NCBI GenBank assembly: GCA_965649055.1
Contig: CBFGJG010000004.1
Span: 7,654 to 71,653, forward strand
Origin: a candidate division WOR-3 bacterium
GTDB lineage: Bacteria > Hydrothermota > UBA3072 > B12-G15
DNA: 64,000 nucleotides
Direction of reading: 5' to 3'
Position numbers and translations under genes: made by a program. Below the pieces are notes generated by a model. The model was not told where the DNA came from and made no database searches. It saw only the letters and a program-made list of their open reading frames with translations. This document shows, piece by piece, positions 1 through 10,310 of this stretch (its first letter is position 1; every line of letters starts with the position of its first letter).

Positions 1-30
1 CTTTATAAATATTATTGACTTATTAAAATT

Positions 31-2016
31 ATGTATTATAATTTTATTGCATTTATGGAAAAGAAAAAGTTTATTTCTATAATGCTAAACAAAGAATTTT
101 TCTTTGTGATTATTCTTTTAATAATTTTTTCAACAATGAGACTCATATTTCTAAGGGCTGACCCACCTGCCAAACACTTTATGTGCTATGGTGTATATTT
201 GACAGATGAGGGATACAGGGTAACATCTGCAAGGGATAGGGCGCTTTTTGACCTTAAATATGAAACTATATATAAATTCAATAAAACTGTTGCAACATCA
301 ATAGTTATACATTTTATTTATTATGTTATTTTTAAGATATTTGGTGTTGGTTATCTTCAGATAAGAATTGTTCCTGCAATATTAAGTATATTCAGTCTTA
401 TAATATTTTATCTGATTGTGAGAAAATATTTTACATTATATCAATCTTTAATTATATTTTTTCTATTTGGTATAAATCATATATTTCTTTTCTATAACAG
501 ACTTGGATTAATGGAAACTTTCCTTGTCTTCTTTGTTTTGATTCCTATTTTTATTCTTTTTTATTCTGAAAACTGGAAACCATTTTTTCATATTTTCCCG
601 GGAATTTCTTTTGCACTTGCATTGTTTGTTAAACCACATGCGATTCCTTTCATAATTGTTTATTTGCTAATCCTGTTTATTTTTAATAAAAATAACCTTA
701 AAATATTCCTTATAAAATCCGCATACTTTCTATCAGGTCTTTTTATTATTGTTTTAATTTTTGTTTCTTATATTTATATTACAAAATCACAATTTCTTTT
801 TATTGAAAGCCTTAGCAGGGAAGTGGAAGCAAGAATTTTTTCGGGATTTAAAAATCTGTTCAATAATTTTGCTTTCTTCCCACCTTTGTATTATGTGAGA
901 CTTTCACCTTTATCGTTTTATCTTTGCATATTGTTATATTTTACATTGATATTGAAGTTAATTCAGGACTACAGGAATATTAATATTTTTGAGTATTTAA
1001 TTATATTTCTTTTACCTTTACAGGTTTTCTCTATTGCATTTGTTAAATACCAGCCAATCAGATATTTTATATCAATGATTATTCCTGTAAGTATTGGTTT
1101 AGGTATTCTTTCTTTACAGAAGTATGAATTTTTATCAGGTAAAAAAGAACTTTTATTAAAATCAATTCTCATATTTTTTATAACATTATTTACTTCTATT
1201 GGAGCAATGTTTATCTTTTTCCCTAAAACAGATAAAATATTTAAAGTTGTCCGTGATATTTATATCTCTTTAGATTATTACATAATAGCAGCATGTATTT
1301 CTTTTATATTCTCGATTGTAAATTTTTTGATAAATTATAAAATCTGGATTAAATATAAAAAGTTAAAAACCCTTGTAATCGTTTCTACTTTTTTTATTAG
1401 TTTTTTTATCTGTTTTGTAATACTAAAGGATATTCCTTTAATTTTAAAAGGTGTTTTAAAAATTTTACCTATATGGTATTTTTTTAATTATAATTTGATT
1501 ATCTCCGGAATTATCTCGATATTGTTAATTCCACTGTTTTTTATTCTTAATTCAAATTTACCGGCAGTAGAATTGAAAACTAATTTAAGGTTTAACAGAT
1601 TATTTCTTGTGCTTGTTTTGGTTACAACTTTATGGGATATTTATCCTTATTACAGGTGGATAAGAAATATAGATTATTCTGTTTATAACGCTTCAAAAGA
1701 GATTGGGAATCTAACACAGAATAAAGGTGTTATTTTTAGCAGGGCTGCAACGTCACTTGCAATTGAGAATAATTTAATGGCTGTAAATAATCTGAACTTT
1801 TTGTTAGACCTTGTGCCATATTTTAAAATAAGAAAAATACCAATATATATCTTATTTACAAGAATACAAGAATTTGAAGATTTTTACAAAAAGAATGAAT
1901 ATTTTTTAGTATCAATGGGTATTAAACAAATAGTTATGATAAAGGATTTTTTATTACTGCAAAATTATGACAGAGAATCTGACTGCTGTTTGTATTATTT
2001 AGAATTTGTATATTAA
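31..2016 (+). CDS. Polytopic membrane glycosyltransferase, GT-C fold (ArnT/PMT-like); start codon uncertain (internal Met candidates)
   Basis: At least 12 predicted TM helices. A 'YLTDEGY' acidic motif sits in the first extracytoplasmic loop, as is typical of GT-C enzymes. The long hydrophobic architecture is ArnT/PMT-like. Confidence 0.5.
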   Translation: MYYNFIAFMEKKKFISIMLNKEFFFVIILLIIFSTMRLIFLRADPPAKHFMCYGVYLTDEGYRVTSARDRALFDLKYETIYKFNKTVATSIVIHFIYYVIFKIFGVGYLQIRIVPAILSIFSLIIFYLIVRKYFTLYQSLIIFFLFGINHIFLFYNRLGLMETFLVFFVLIPIFILFYSENWKPFFHIFPGISFALALFVKPHAIPFIIVYLLILFIFNKNNLKIFLIKSAYFLSGLFIIVLIFVSYIYITKSQFLFIESLSREVEARIFSGFKNLFNNFAFFPPLYYVRLSPLSFYLCILLYFTLILKLIQDYRNINIFEYLIIFLLPLQVFSIAFVKYQPIRYFISMIIPVSIGLGILSLQKYEFLSGKKELLLKSILIFFITLFTSIGAMFIFFPKTDKIFKVVRDIYISLDYYIIAACISFIFSIVNFLINYKIWIKYKKLKTLVIVSTFFISFFICFVILKDIPLILKGVLKILPIWYFFNYNLIISGIISILLIPLFFILNSNLPAVELKTNLRFNRLFLVLVLVTTLWDIYPYYRWIRNIDYSVYNASKEIGNLTQNKGVIFSRAATSLAIENNLMAVNNLNFLLDLVPYFKIRKIPIYILFTRIQEFEDFYKKNEYFLVSMGIKQIVMIKDFLLLQNYDRESDCCLYYLEFVY

Positions 2017-2077
2017 TGGGGTCAGTCATAAACCTTCAACTTTTCTTGTAGAAAATTGAAAAAGATGAGATTCCCAC

Positions 2078-2137
2078 GGCTTTCTTCGAAAGCCTCGGAA
2101 TGACAAATAGAGGAAAATCGAAAGGCTCGGAATGACA
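2078..2137. repeat. Perfect 7-bp-stem hairpin (ggctttc-ttc-gaaagcc) overlapping two 19-nt direct repeats (cgaaagcctcggaatgaca / cgaaaggctcggaatgaca), between convergent genes
   Basis: Read directly from the sequence. Its position between convergent 3' ends suggests a bidirectional terminator or small regulatory element. Confidence 0.4.
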
Positions 2138-2155
2138 GAAATATTTTATATACAA

Positions 2156-3709
2156 TTAAATAATCTCGATGTCTAATATTCTATCAAGTTTGAAGTTTCT
2201 TACTTCTTTTGACTTACTATCAAGACCTGAAACACCTAAAAATTTATGACCATCATATTCAAGTTCACCTACTTCGTAAGGCTCTAAAATTCTCTTTGAT
2301 TTCTCATCTGTTTTTTTTAAGTATGTTATCTCTATTTTTTTCTTGTTTTTAATTGCATTTTTAATTAATTCCATTTTTTCATCAGTTCCCATCTTCTTAT
2401 CTGCTAATTTATATTGATATCCGGTTATAAATTTGACTATTTTCTTGTCGTTAAATATGTGTCCCTTCGATACTTTTGTTTTTAATATTACACCATCTAT
2501 AGAGGTGCATCTACTTATTGCAACATAAAACTGGCCCGGTGCAAATATGCCGCTCCCAATATCTATTATTATCTTTTCGAATGTCTTTCCCTGACTTTTA
2601 TGAATGGTTATTGCCCATGCAAGGATAATAGGATACTGAATATATGTCCCTATAGTTTCTGTATCTATTTTTTTCTCTTTCTCATTGTAGTAATATCTGA
2701 ATAATTCCCATTTTACCCGATTTACTTCAACAATATTTTTATTTGTAAGTTCAACAATTATTATATCATTATCATCGTCTTCTTCAACATTTACTACTTT
2801 ACCGACACTGCCATTTATCCATCTTCCTTTGGAGTCATTGTTAACAAGCATAACCTGTGCACCTTTTTTTAAAACAATTTCTTCCGGACAGGGAAGATTT
2901 TCTTTCTTTTCCTGTATATTTTTAAATTCACCTTCTATAATACCCAAATATTTATATTCCCTTCCTTTTAATTCATTTAATCTTTTATTATTTATTTCTT
3001 CAGCCTTTTTGTTTGTAGTAACAAGATATATGTATGAATCATTTTTTGAAGGTTCAAAATCTGGTTTAAATCTTTTATTCAAATATTTAATATCTTTATC
3101 TTCAACAGTATTATTTCTTATTCTGTTCAACACTTCAATAAATTCTTGGTCTTCCTGTCTATAAATCTTCTCAAGTTCTACAAATTGCATATTTAATTCA
3201 TCAAAGATTTTAGATGAGAAAAAATATGGACTATTGTATTCCTTTTCAAAAATCTCGCTCTCTTCTTTCTTAACAACTGGTTGTAGTTGATATAAATCAC
3301 CAAAACAGACTAACTGAACACCACCAAAGGGTTTATTTTTTTTTCTTCCAAATTTTTTCATAAACTCGTGCATACAGTCAAATAGATCAGCACGAACCAT
3401 TGATATTTCATCAATAATTAATATATCAATGTTTTTATATAGTTCTGTATTTTTTATCTTTAATTTTCTTACTTTCTCAATAGTTATATCTGGTTTAAAC
3501 CTGAAAAAAGAATGTATAGTTTGACCATTTACATTCAAGGCAGCAACACCTGTTGGTGCAAGAACAACTACGTTCTTATCAGTTTTTTCCCTGAAATATT
3601 TTAAAAGTGAAGATTTTCCTGTTCCAGCCCTTCCTGTAATAAATACATTTTTGCCTTCTTCAATCAATTTTAATGCTTCTTCTATCTTTTCATTTATCTC
3701 AAAAATCAT
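2156..3709 (-). CDS. PIF1/RecD-family 5'-3' DNA helicase with a C-terminal WYL-like domain
   Basis: Motifs 'GRAGTGKSS', 'APTGVAA', 'TIHSFF', 'IDEISM', 'FGG' and 'GDLYQLQPV' are present. The C-terminal ~90 aa carry 'RNFKLDRI', typical of WYL domains. Confidence 0.85.
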   Translation of the reverse strand: MIFEINEKIEEALKLIEEGKNVFITGRAGTGKSSLLKYFREKTDKNVVVLAPTGVAALNVNGQTIHSFFRFKPDITIEKVRKLKIKNTELYKNIDILIIDEISMVRADLFDCMHEFMKKFGRKKNKPFGGVQLVCFGDLYQLQPVVKKEESEIFEKEYNSPYFFSSKIFDELNMQFVELEKIYRQEDQEFIEVLNRIRNNTVEDKDIKYLNKRFKPDFEPSKNDSYIYLVTTNKKAEEINNKRLNELKGREYKYLGIIEGEFKNIQEKKENLPCPEEIVLKKGAQVMLVNNDSKGRWINGSVGKVVNVEEDDDNDIIIVELTNKNIVEVNRVKWELFRYYYNEKEKKIDTETIGTYIQYPIILAWAITIHKSQGKTFEKIIIDIGSGIFAPGQFYVAISRCTSIDGVILKTKVSKGHIFNDKKIVKFITGYQYKLADKKMGTDEKMELIKNAIKNKKKIEITYLKKTDEKSKRILEPYEVGELEYDGHKFLGVSGLDSKSKEVRNFKLDRILDIEII

Positions 3710-5056
3710 CTAATCAATTGAGTGCAGAGGTAAACCAATAGATTTTAAGAGAACTTCCTTTATACCTTCTGAATAAGTGGGATGCGGAAATATCAATTCA
3801 AGGGATTCTTCAGGCTTAATCTTTTTAGAAATGAATGTGGAAAATATTGTGATGAGTTCTGAAGCGGTTTCTCCAACTATTACAGAACCGAGAATATATC
3901 CTTCTTCGCTTAAAAGTATCTTTACACCACCCTGGGTTTTGTCTTCTGCAACTGCCCTTCCATTCCCGCTGAACTTGAATATTTCTTTTCTGTATTTTAT
4001 CCCTTTTGAATTTAAAGACTCTTCGGTTTCACCACAAGCTGCATATTCAGGTTTTGTATACACAACCCTTGGAACAACACTTTCATTGAATTTTTTGCCT
4101 TCTCCAAGGATATTATCAACTGCAATCTCTGCTTCATAATAAGCAGTATGTGCAAGCATATTTCCACCAATACAATCACCTGCTGCATAAATATTTTTTA
4201 TGTCTGTCATTAAATAATCGTCAACCTTGATAAATCCTTTATGAACACTTATTGAATCAGGAATACCTTCTTTAGAAAGTTCTCTTCCTACAGAAACCAT
4301 TATTTTATCAAAAGATAAACTTTTTTCATTTCCTTCTTCAAAGATAATTTCCTTTTTACCATTATTTGATTTTATTTCCAGAACCTTTGTTTTCAAATGA
4401 AATCTTACTCCTATTTTTTCCATTTCTTTTCTTAAAATTGAAGAAAATTCACGGTCTTCATTAGGTAAAACTTCTTCCATTATTTCAAAGACTTCAACAG
4501 GGACACCAAGGCATCTATAAATATAAGCAAACTCAAGGCCTATAACACCACCGCCAATAATACCTATTGATTCTGGCAATTCTTGAGAGAATAAAGCATC
4601 TGAACTTGTCCAGTAATCGTCTGCTTTAAAAGGTGGTTTTTTAGTAATCGAACCTGTTGCAATCATTATTTTATCAAATTTATATTCTTTATTATCAGAA
4701 ACAATTGTATCTTCGGAAACCAATTCTGCCTTACTATTTATTATATTCACATTTCTTTTCTTTAAAAGTAAATTGATACCACCCTGAAGCCTTTTAGTTG
4801 AAATTTGAGGTGTCCTTGAAATTTCCTTCCAATCAAATTTGACACCATCAAATGATATACCCTTATTTTTCAGTTTATTTATATTATCAATATTTGATAC
4901 AAGTTTTATAAGTGATTTTACGGGAATACAACCTTCATTAACACATACTCCACCTATTTTATCCTTTTCAAATAAAGTAACATCTAAACCCAATAAAGAT
5001 GCCTTCAATGCACCAAGATAACCTGCTGGTCCACCACCAATTATTCCAAGCTTCAT
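3710..5056 (-). CDS. lpdA: Dihydrolipoyl dehydrogenase (E3)
   Basis: N-terminal FAD motif 'GGGPAGY', redox-active disulfide 'GGVCVNEGCIPVK', and a C-terminal dimerisation region containing 'HPTYSE'. Confidence 0.9.
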   Translation of the reverse strand: MKLGIIGGGPAGYLGALKASLLGLDVTLFEKDKIGGVCVNEGCIPVKSLIKLVSNIDNINKLKNKGISFDGVKFDWKEISRTPQISTKRLQGGINLLLKKRNVNIINSKAELVSEDTIVSDNKEYKFDKIMIATGSITKKPPFKADDYWTSSDALFSQELPESIGIIGGGVIGLEFAYIYRCLGVPVEVFEIMEEVLPNEDREFSSILRKEMEKIGVRFHLKTKVLEIKSNNGKKEIIFEEGNEKSLSFDKIMVSVGRELSKEGIPDSISVHKGFIKVDDYLMTDIKNIYAAGDCIGGNMLAHTAYYEAEIAVDNILGEGKKFNESVVPRVVYTKPEYAACGETEESLNSKGIKYRKEIFKFSGNGRAVAEDKTQGGVKILLSEEGYILGSVIVGETASELITIFSTFISKKIKPEESLELIFPHPTYSEGIKEVLLKSIGLPLHSID

Positions 5057-5991
5057 ATTCTCTCCCTTAGGACTGATTTTAATTCTTTTATAAATTCAAA
5101 TATGTTTCTATTTTTTATTGTAAATCCTGCTGCATTTCTGTGGCCACCACCATTGTAAATTCCTGCTATTGCGTCTACATCAACATCATTTTTTGAGCGA
5201 AGGGAGATTTTTAATTCATCATCCCTTTCCTTTACTATTGCAGCGGCCTTTACTCCATCTATCATAAGCCCGTACTGGACAACTTCTTCTGTGTCTTCTT
5301 CTTCTGTGTCAAATTTAGCCATCATTTCCTTTGTTACATACATAATGCTGAAACCGTCTTCAACATCAAGGGTTTCAAGGATAGCACCAAGAAGTCTGAT
5401 TTTTCCAAGGGTCTCTCTATACCAGATTCTTTCAGAAACAAGACTCGCATCAACACCATAACTTAAAAGTTCTGATGCTGTGCTCAAAGATTCAGCTGTT
5501 GTATTTGAATACCTGAAAGAACCAGTATCAGTAACAAGACCAAGATATAAATATGTTGCTATCTCTTTGTCAATTTCGCAGAAATTTTTCAATATCTCGT
5601 AGGCAATTTCACAGGTTGAAGAAACCTGTGAGCGAATAATATTTATTGTTCCAAAGAATTCATTACTTATATGATGGTCTATATTTAGAACTGGTTTGGT
5701 GAAATCAATTTTGTTTCTAATCTTACCAATCCTATCGGGGCTTGCCGAATCAAGTATTATTACTGCATCATAATCAGAATCAGGTGGTTCTGTCTTTATA
5801 ATTTCAATCTTTTCAAAATGCCTGAATCTTTTTGGAACAGGGTCGATATTGTATATATATGCATTTTTGCCTTTTTTCTTTAATGCAAGTGCAAATGCTA
5901 TCTGGGAACCGACTGCATCACCATCAGGGTTTTTGTGAGACGATATAAGGAAATCATCATATTTCGAAAGGAATTCTAATACTTCATCCAA
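5053..5991 (-). CDS. nrnA: DHH/DHHA1 phosphoesterase, NrnA-type nanoRNase / pAp phosphatase
   Basis: 'DHH' motif ('IDHHISN') and DHHA1 motif 'GGGHRNAAGF'. Confidence 0.85.
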   Translation of the reverse strand: MDEVLEFLSKYDDFLISSHKNPDGDAVGSQIAFALALKKKGKNAYIYNIDPVPKRFRHFEKIEIIKTEPPDSDYDAVIILDSASPDRIGKIRNKIDFTKPVLNIDHHISNEFFGTINIIRSQVSSTCEIAYEILKNFCEIDKEIATYLYLGLVTDTGSFRYSNTTAESLSTASELLSYGVDASLVSERIWYRETLGKIRLLGAILETLDVEDGFSIMYVTKEMMAKFDTEEEDTEEVVQYGLMIDGVKAAAIVKERDDELKISLRSKNDVDVDAIAGIYNGGGHRNAAGFTIKNRNIFEFIKELKSVLRERI

Positions 5992-6298
5992 TAATTTCTT
6001 CTCCTATTGTATTTTCAGTATCGTCATAGTGAAATGAAAGTCTTGGTGTGTATTTAAGTCTCATCTTTTCACCAAGCCTGTGGCTTATAAATCCGCTTGC
6101 CTTATTTAATATTTCTTCCATTCTGTATTTGTTCTCATCCTGTGATTTAAAATAGACCTTTGCATTTTTTAAATCACTCGAACAATCAACATCTGTTATT
6201 GAAATAAAATTTATTCTTGGGTCATTAATATCCTTTGCAATGATAAGAGAAATCTCTTTTCTCAATGTTACATTTATTCTATCTAATCTGTTTTTCAT
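5984..6298 (-). CDS. rbfA: Ribosome-binding factor A
   Basis: Size, the sequence 'RINVTLRKEISLII…DPRI', and its conserved position downstream of infB. Confidence 0.85.
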   Translation of the reverse strand: MKNRLDRINVTLRKEISLIIAKDINDPRINFISITDVDCSSDLKNAKVYFKSQDENKYRMEEILNKASGFISHRLGEKMRLKYTPRLSFHYDDTENTIGEEIIG

Positions 6299-6579
6299 TT
6301 TTTTATCTCCGTTTTATAGTTTATTATCTGAACATTGAAATCTCTTTCTATCTCTTTAATGGCTTCGGAAAGAACAGAATTTACTATGCTTGCTTCATTC
6401 CCGACGGTTGTGATTGCTATCAGCGACCTTTGCCAGGTATCATTATAACCAACTTCACTTATAGAAACATTAAACTTATTCCTTATTCTTGACTTTAATG
6501 GGTTTAAAATTCTCCTTTTTTCCTTTAATGAAGAAGACAAAGGTATGTGAATATCTATTGTTGTTAAACCGACTATCAT
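6295..6579 (-). CDS. DUF503 (YlxP-like) protein
   Basis: Conserved small protein found between infB and rbfA. The 'IHIP…SLKEKR' pattern matches DUF503. Confidence 0.75.
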   Translation of the reverse strand: MIVGLTTIDIHIPLSSSLKEKRRILNPLKSRIRNKFNVSISEVGYNDTWQRSLIAITTVGNEASIVNSVLSEAIKEIERDFNVQIINYKTEIKK

Positions 6580-8753
6580 AGTTCTCTTGCTTTTTCTGTT
6601 ACTTCGATTATTTCAATTATATCATCTTCTTTAAAATCTTCAAAATTCTCAACACCTATTCCGCATTCAAAGCCTTCCTGAACTTCTTTCACATCGTCTT
6701 TAAATCTTTTTAAGGACGATACTTTTGATTCACAAACAACTTCGCCATTCCTTATAACCCTGCATTTGTATCCCCTTACTACTTTACCAGATGTAACATA
6801 AGAACCTGCAATAATACCAATCTTTGGTATCTTGAATGTTGCTTTCACCTTAACTTTTCCGATAGTTTTTTCAATCTGTTCAGGCTCAAGCATTCCAGAC
6901 AATGCCTTTCGGACATCTTCAATTGCATCGTAGATTATATCATAAGTTCTTATTTCTACTCCTTCTGCCTTTGCTATTTCTTTTGTTTTAGCATTTGGTT
7001 TTACCCTGTAACCAATTATTATGGAATCAGAAGCAGATGCAAGAAGAACATCATTTTCATTTATTTCGCCAACAGCTTTATGAACTATGTTTACTTTTAT
7101 TTCATCTGTTCCAAGTTCAATAAAACTATCTGAGATTGCATCAACTGCACCCATATCTCCACCTTTAACAATAACATTGAGTTCTTTTAATTGACCAGAC
7201 ATTAAATCACTCTGTATTTTTTCAAGTGAAATCTTTTTCTTTCTTACAAGTGATTCCATTCTCTGTATCTGTGCCCTTTTCTCTGCAATCTCTCTTGCTT
7301 TCTTCTCATCTTTTATAACCTGAATAAGTTCCCCTGCGTGTGGTAATTCTTCAAAACTGCATATTTTTAAGGCAAGACCAGGGGTTGCTTCATTATAAAA
7401 TCTATTTCTTTCATCGACAATTCTTTTTATCTTTCCATAAGATATTCCTGCTACTACTGAATCACCAATCCTGAATCTTCCTTTTTTTACAACAGCAGTG
7501 CAGATATTACCAAATCCCTGTTCTTTCTTTGCTTCAATAACATAACCTTCACCGGGACCTTCAAAAGGTGCTTTTAGATTTTGATGCTCTGCAACAAGTA
7601 AGATTGATTCAAGAAGTTCATCTATACCTTCACCGGTTTTTGCAGATATGTCGACAGCAATCACATCTCCGCCATATTCCTGAACAAGCAATTTCTGGTC
7701 CGCAAGTTGTTGACGAACCATAAGTGGATTTGCGGTCGGAAGGTCTATTTTATTTATAGCAACAATTATAGGAACTCCAGCTGATTTTGCGTGATTTATA
7801 GCTTCAATGGTCTGTTCCTTAACGCCTTCAGTTGCGGACACAACAAGAATAACAATATCGGCAACTTTAGCTCCCCTTGCTCTCATCTGTGTAAATGCCT
7901 TATGACCGGGAAGGTCAATAAAGGTGATTATTTTACCGTTATATTCAACATGATAAGCACCTATCTTCTGTGTAATCTTTCCTTTCTCAAGTGCTGTGAG
8001 ATTTATGTTTTGGATATATTCAAGGAGGGTAGTCTTCCCGTGGTCTACATGACCCATAACTGTTATTACAGGTGGTTTTTCCCTGTAATCGCTGTATTCT
8101 TCTTCGGATATTTCTTTTTCAAATTCTTCATGAAGTTCAACTTTGAGGCCATAATCTTCTGCAAGAAGTGTTATTGTTTCAAAATCAAGTCTTTGATTAA
8201 TAGTAACAGGTAGACCAAGCTCAAGACATTTTAATATTATCGTGTTTGGTTCAACTTCAAGAACTTCTGCAAGTTCACTTACTGTTAGTGAAGAAGGTAT
8301 TTTTAATTTTTCTTCGTCTATCTCTATATTTTCAGCTATTTTCTTCTTTTTATATTTTTTCTTTCTCCCTTCTATCTTTGCCTTTGTCTCTTTTATTCTT
8401 TTTTCAATCTCTTTTTCATCTATCTTCTTTTTCTCTTTTCTCTTTTTCTTTTTTACAATTCCTTCCTGAGGTGCGACATATATCTCAAGTATTTCTTCTT
8501 CGGGAGGTTCTTCTGTTGTGATTACTTCTTCAATTTCTTTTGCAGGTTCTTCTTTCTTTATTTCCTTTTCTTCTTTTATTTCTTCCTTTATTTCTTTCTT
8601 CTTTTTTAGAGAATCTATTATTTTTTTCTCATCTTCTTCAGTTAGACTTCCAAGATATCCTTTAACAGAAAGACCAAGTTCGTTTATTATCTCAAGTATC
8701 TTTTCTTTTGTCAGGTTTAACTCTTTTGCAAGTATGTAGACTCTTTTTTTCAT
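6576..8753 (-). CDS. infB: Translation initiation factor IF-2
   Basis: G-domain motifs 'GHVDHGKTTLL', 'DLPGH' and 'NKID', preceded by an E/K-rich N-terminal low-complexity region. Confidence 0.97.
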   Translation of the reverse strand: MKKRVYILAKELNLTKEKILEIINELGLSVKGYLGSLTEEDEKKIIDSLKKKKEIKEEIKEEKEIKKEEPAKEIEEVITTEEPPEEEILEIYVAPQEGIVKKKKRKEKKKIDEKEIEKRIKETKAKIEGRKKKYKKKKIAENIEIDEEKLKIPSSLTVSELAEVLEVEPNTIILKCLELGLPVTINQRLDFETITLLAEDYGLKVELHEEFEKEISEEEYSDYREKPPVITVMGHVDHGKTTLLEYIQNINLTALEKGKITQKIGAYHVEYNGKIITFIDLPGHKAFTQMRARGAKVADIVILVVSATEGVKEQTIEAINHAKSAGVPIIVAINKIDLPTANPLMVRQQLADQKLLVQEYGGDVIAVDISAKTGEGIDELLESILLVAEHQNLKAPFEGPGEGYVIEAKKEQGFGNICTAVVKKGRFRIGDSVVAGISYGKIKRIVDERNRFYNEATPGLALKICSFEELPHAGELIQVIKDEKKAREIAEKRAQIQRMESLVRKKKISLEKIQSDLMSGQLKELNVIVKGGDMGAVDAISDSFIELGTDEIKVNIVHKAVGEINENDVLLASASDSIIIGYRVKPNAKTKEIAKAEGVEIRTYDIIYDAIEDVRKALSGMLEPEQIEKTIGKVKVKATFKIPKIGIIAGSYVTSGKVVRGYKCRVIRNGEVVCESKVSSLKRFKDDVKEVQEGFECGIGVENFEDFKEDDIIEIIEVTEKAREL

Positions 8754-10039
8754 TATTCACCTAAATTCAAAGCCTTATGTATCTCCATAAATATCTTATC
8801 AACTGTTTTTTTACCAAGTCCCGGTAATTTTATGAGTTCTTCTTCACTTGAAGACATAATGTCTTTTGCTGTTTTAAATCCATGTTTCTTTAAAATCTCA
8901 ACAACCTTCTCGTTTAAACCAAGTTCTTCAATCTTCAATTTTTTTCTCTTAGCTTCTTCTACTTCCTTGTGATGTTCAGACTGTGAAACAATCTGGATAT
9001 TATATCCTGTTATTTCATTCGCAAGTTTAATATTTGATTCATCTTTTCCTATTGCAGTTGAAACCTGATCATCCGGGACAACACATATTGCTTTATTACC
9101 TGGCTTTTTTATCATGACTTTTAAAACCTTTGCAAGTGAAAGAGATCTTCCTATGAACACTACCGGGTCAGCACTCCATGGAATAATATCTATTTTTTCA
9201 CCACTTAATTCCTTTGATATTCCCTGAATCCTTGTTCCCCTTGGTCCAACACATGCACCGAGCGGGTCAATCTTTTCATTCTTTGAGTAAACTGCAATTT
9301 TGCATCTAACGCCCGGGATCCTTACAATTTTCTTTATCTCAACTTCGTTTTTAAGTATCTCGGGAATTTCAAACTCAAGGAGTTTTGCTACAAATTGCTT
9401 GCTTGTCCTTGTAAGATATACAACAGGTCCTTTTATCTTTACCTTTTCCCTGTCAGAAGGTCTTTCTTCTACCATCTTTACAATTGCTTTTATAGTCTTA
9501 CCTTTCTTAACAATCTCATTTGGAATCATATCTTCTTTATCAATGAAGGCTTCTATGTCTACAAGTTTCACATAACATCCGGCAGCATAATGATTGGTAA
9601 TTGTTCCTGTTACAAGTTCCCCGATTTTATTCTGATATTTCTTAAGCATAATTTCTCTTTCAGATTCCTTAAATTTCTGTATGAGATTATTTTTAACCTG
9701 ATTTATTGTGTATCTGCTGAATAGTTCCGAGACAGGGTAAGGATAATATATTTTATCACCAACCTTTGCGTCAGGATTTATATTCAATGCATCTTCAAGT
9801 GAAATTTCTTCAATCTCGTTTTTTACATCTGTTTTGTTTCTCACCACCTTCTTTTCGAGATAAAGCTTCACTTCACCTGTTGATTCGGAAATTTCACATA
9901 TAAAACCTTCTTTTTTGTTAAATTTAAGTTCTGCAGCTTTAAGGATTGAATCCTTTAAAGCCGAGACAACAAATTGTTTATCAAATCCCTTTTCCCTTGC
10001 AAGTTCTGTTAACATCTCTACAACTTCTCTATTTATCAT
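8753..10039 (-). CDS. nusA: Transcription termination/antitermination factor NusA
   Basis: NusA N-terminal domain, S1 and KH domains ('GPRGTRIQ…'), and the conserved nusA–infB synteny. Confidence 0.95.
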   Translation of the reverse strand: MINREVVEMLTELAREKGFDKQFVVSALKDSILKAAELKFNKKEGFICEISESTGEVKLYLEKKVVRNKTDVKNEIEEISLEDALNINPDAKVGDKIYYPYPVSELFSRYTINQVKNNLIQKFKESEREIMLKKYQNKIGELVTGTITNHYAAGCYVKLVDIEAFIDKEDMIPNEIVKKGKTIKAIVKMVEERPSDREKVKIKGPVVYLTRTSKQFVAKLLEFEIPEILKNEVEIKKIVRIPGVRCKIAVYSKNEKIDPLGACVGPRGTRIQGISKELSGEKIDIIPWSADPVVFIGRSLSLAKVLKVMIKKPGNKAICVVPDDQVSTAIGKDESNIKLANEITGYNIQIVSQSEHHKEVEEAKRKKLKIEELGLNEKVVEILKKHGFKTAKDIMSSSEEELIKLPGLGKKTVDKIFMEIHKALNLGE

Positions 10040-10310
10040 AGTGCCTCCTATTTATCCCAGGTGAAGATACTTCAAGTGTGTATCTTGTTTTTATTAAGTC
10101 TTCAACATCAAGCCTTGTGGATAGTTCCTTTGATATCTTTACACAATCATCAAGGGTAATTCCACCCGGCTTATCAACAAAAACCCTTAAAATTTTTACT
10201 GGATATTTCATCTCAATTTCTATAAGTTCATATTTTTCATCTTCAAAAATGCTCAATGTTTCAAGCACAATTTTCTTTATTTTTTCTTTTAATTCTTCAA
10301 TTCCTTCCAT
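10029..10310 (-). CDS. rimP: Ribosome maturation factor RimP, short form (N-terminal domain only)
   Basis: 'LDVEDLI…[12 protein letters not shown]' matches the RimP N-domain. The ORF ends inside the nusA start overlap and has no C-terminal Sm-like domain. Confidence 0.75.
   Translation of the reverse strand: MEGIEELKEKIKKIVLETLSIFEDEKYELIEIEMKYPVKILRVFVDKPGGITLDDCVKISKELSTRLDVEDLIKTRYTLEVSSPGINRRHYDK

Noticed and set aside
2829-3164. Numerous 60-150 aa ORFs on the strand opposite to long genes (e.g. 2829-3164, 3777-4139, 7791-8213, 8242-8739, 9300-9724, 18476-19145, 24412-24855, 26500-27128, 42331-43224, 58863-59438)
   Set aside because: They lie entirely inside well-supported genes on the other strand and have low-complexity, Ser/Phe/Leu-rich translations typical of AT-rich shadow ORFs. 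Treated as non-coding.
8242-8740. Low-complexity E/K-rich repeats (IF-2 N-terminus; C-terminus of the DnaA-like protein at 58180-58450) as independent repeat elements
   Set aside because: They are in-frame, charged linker regions of proteins and are common in AT-rich genomes. They are not separate features.
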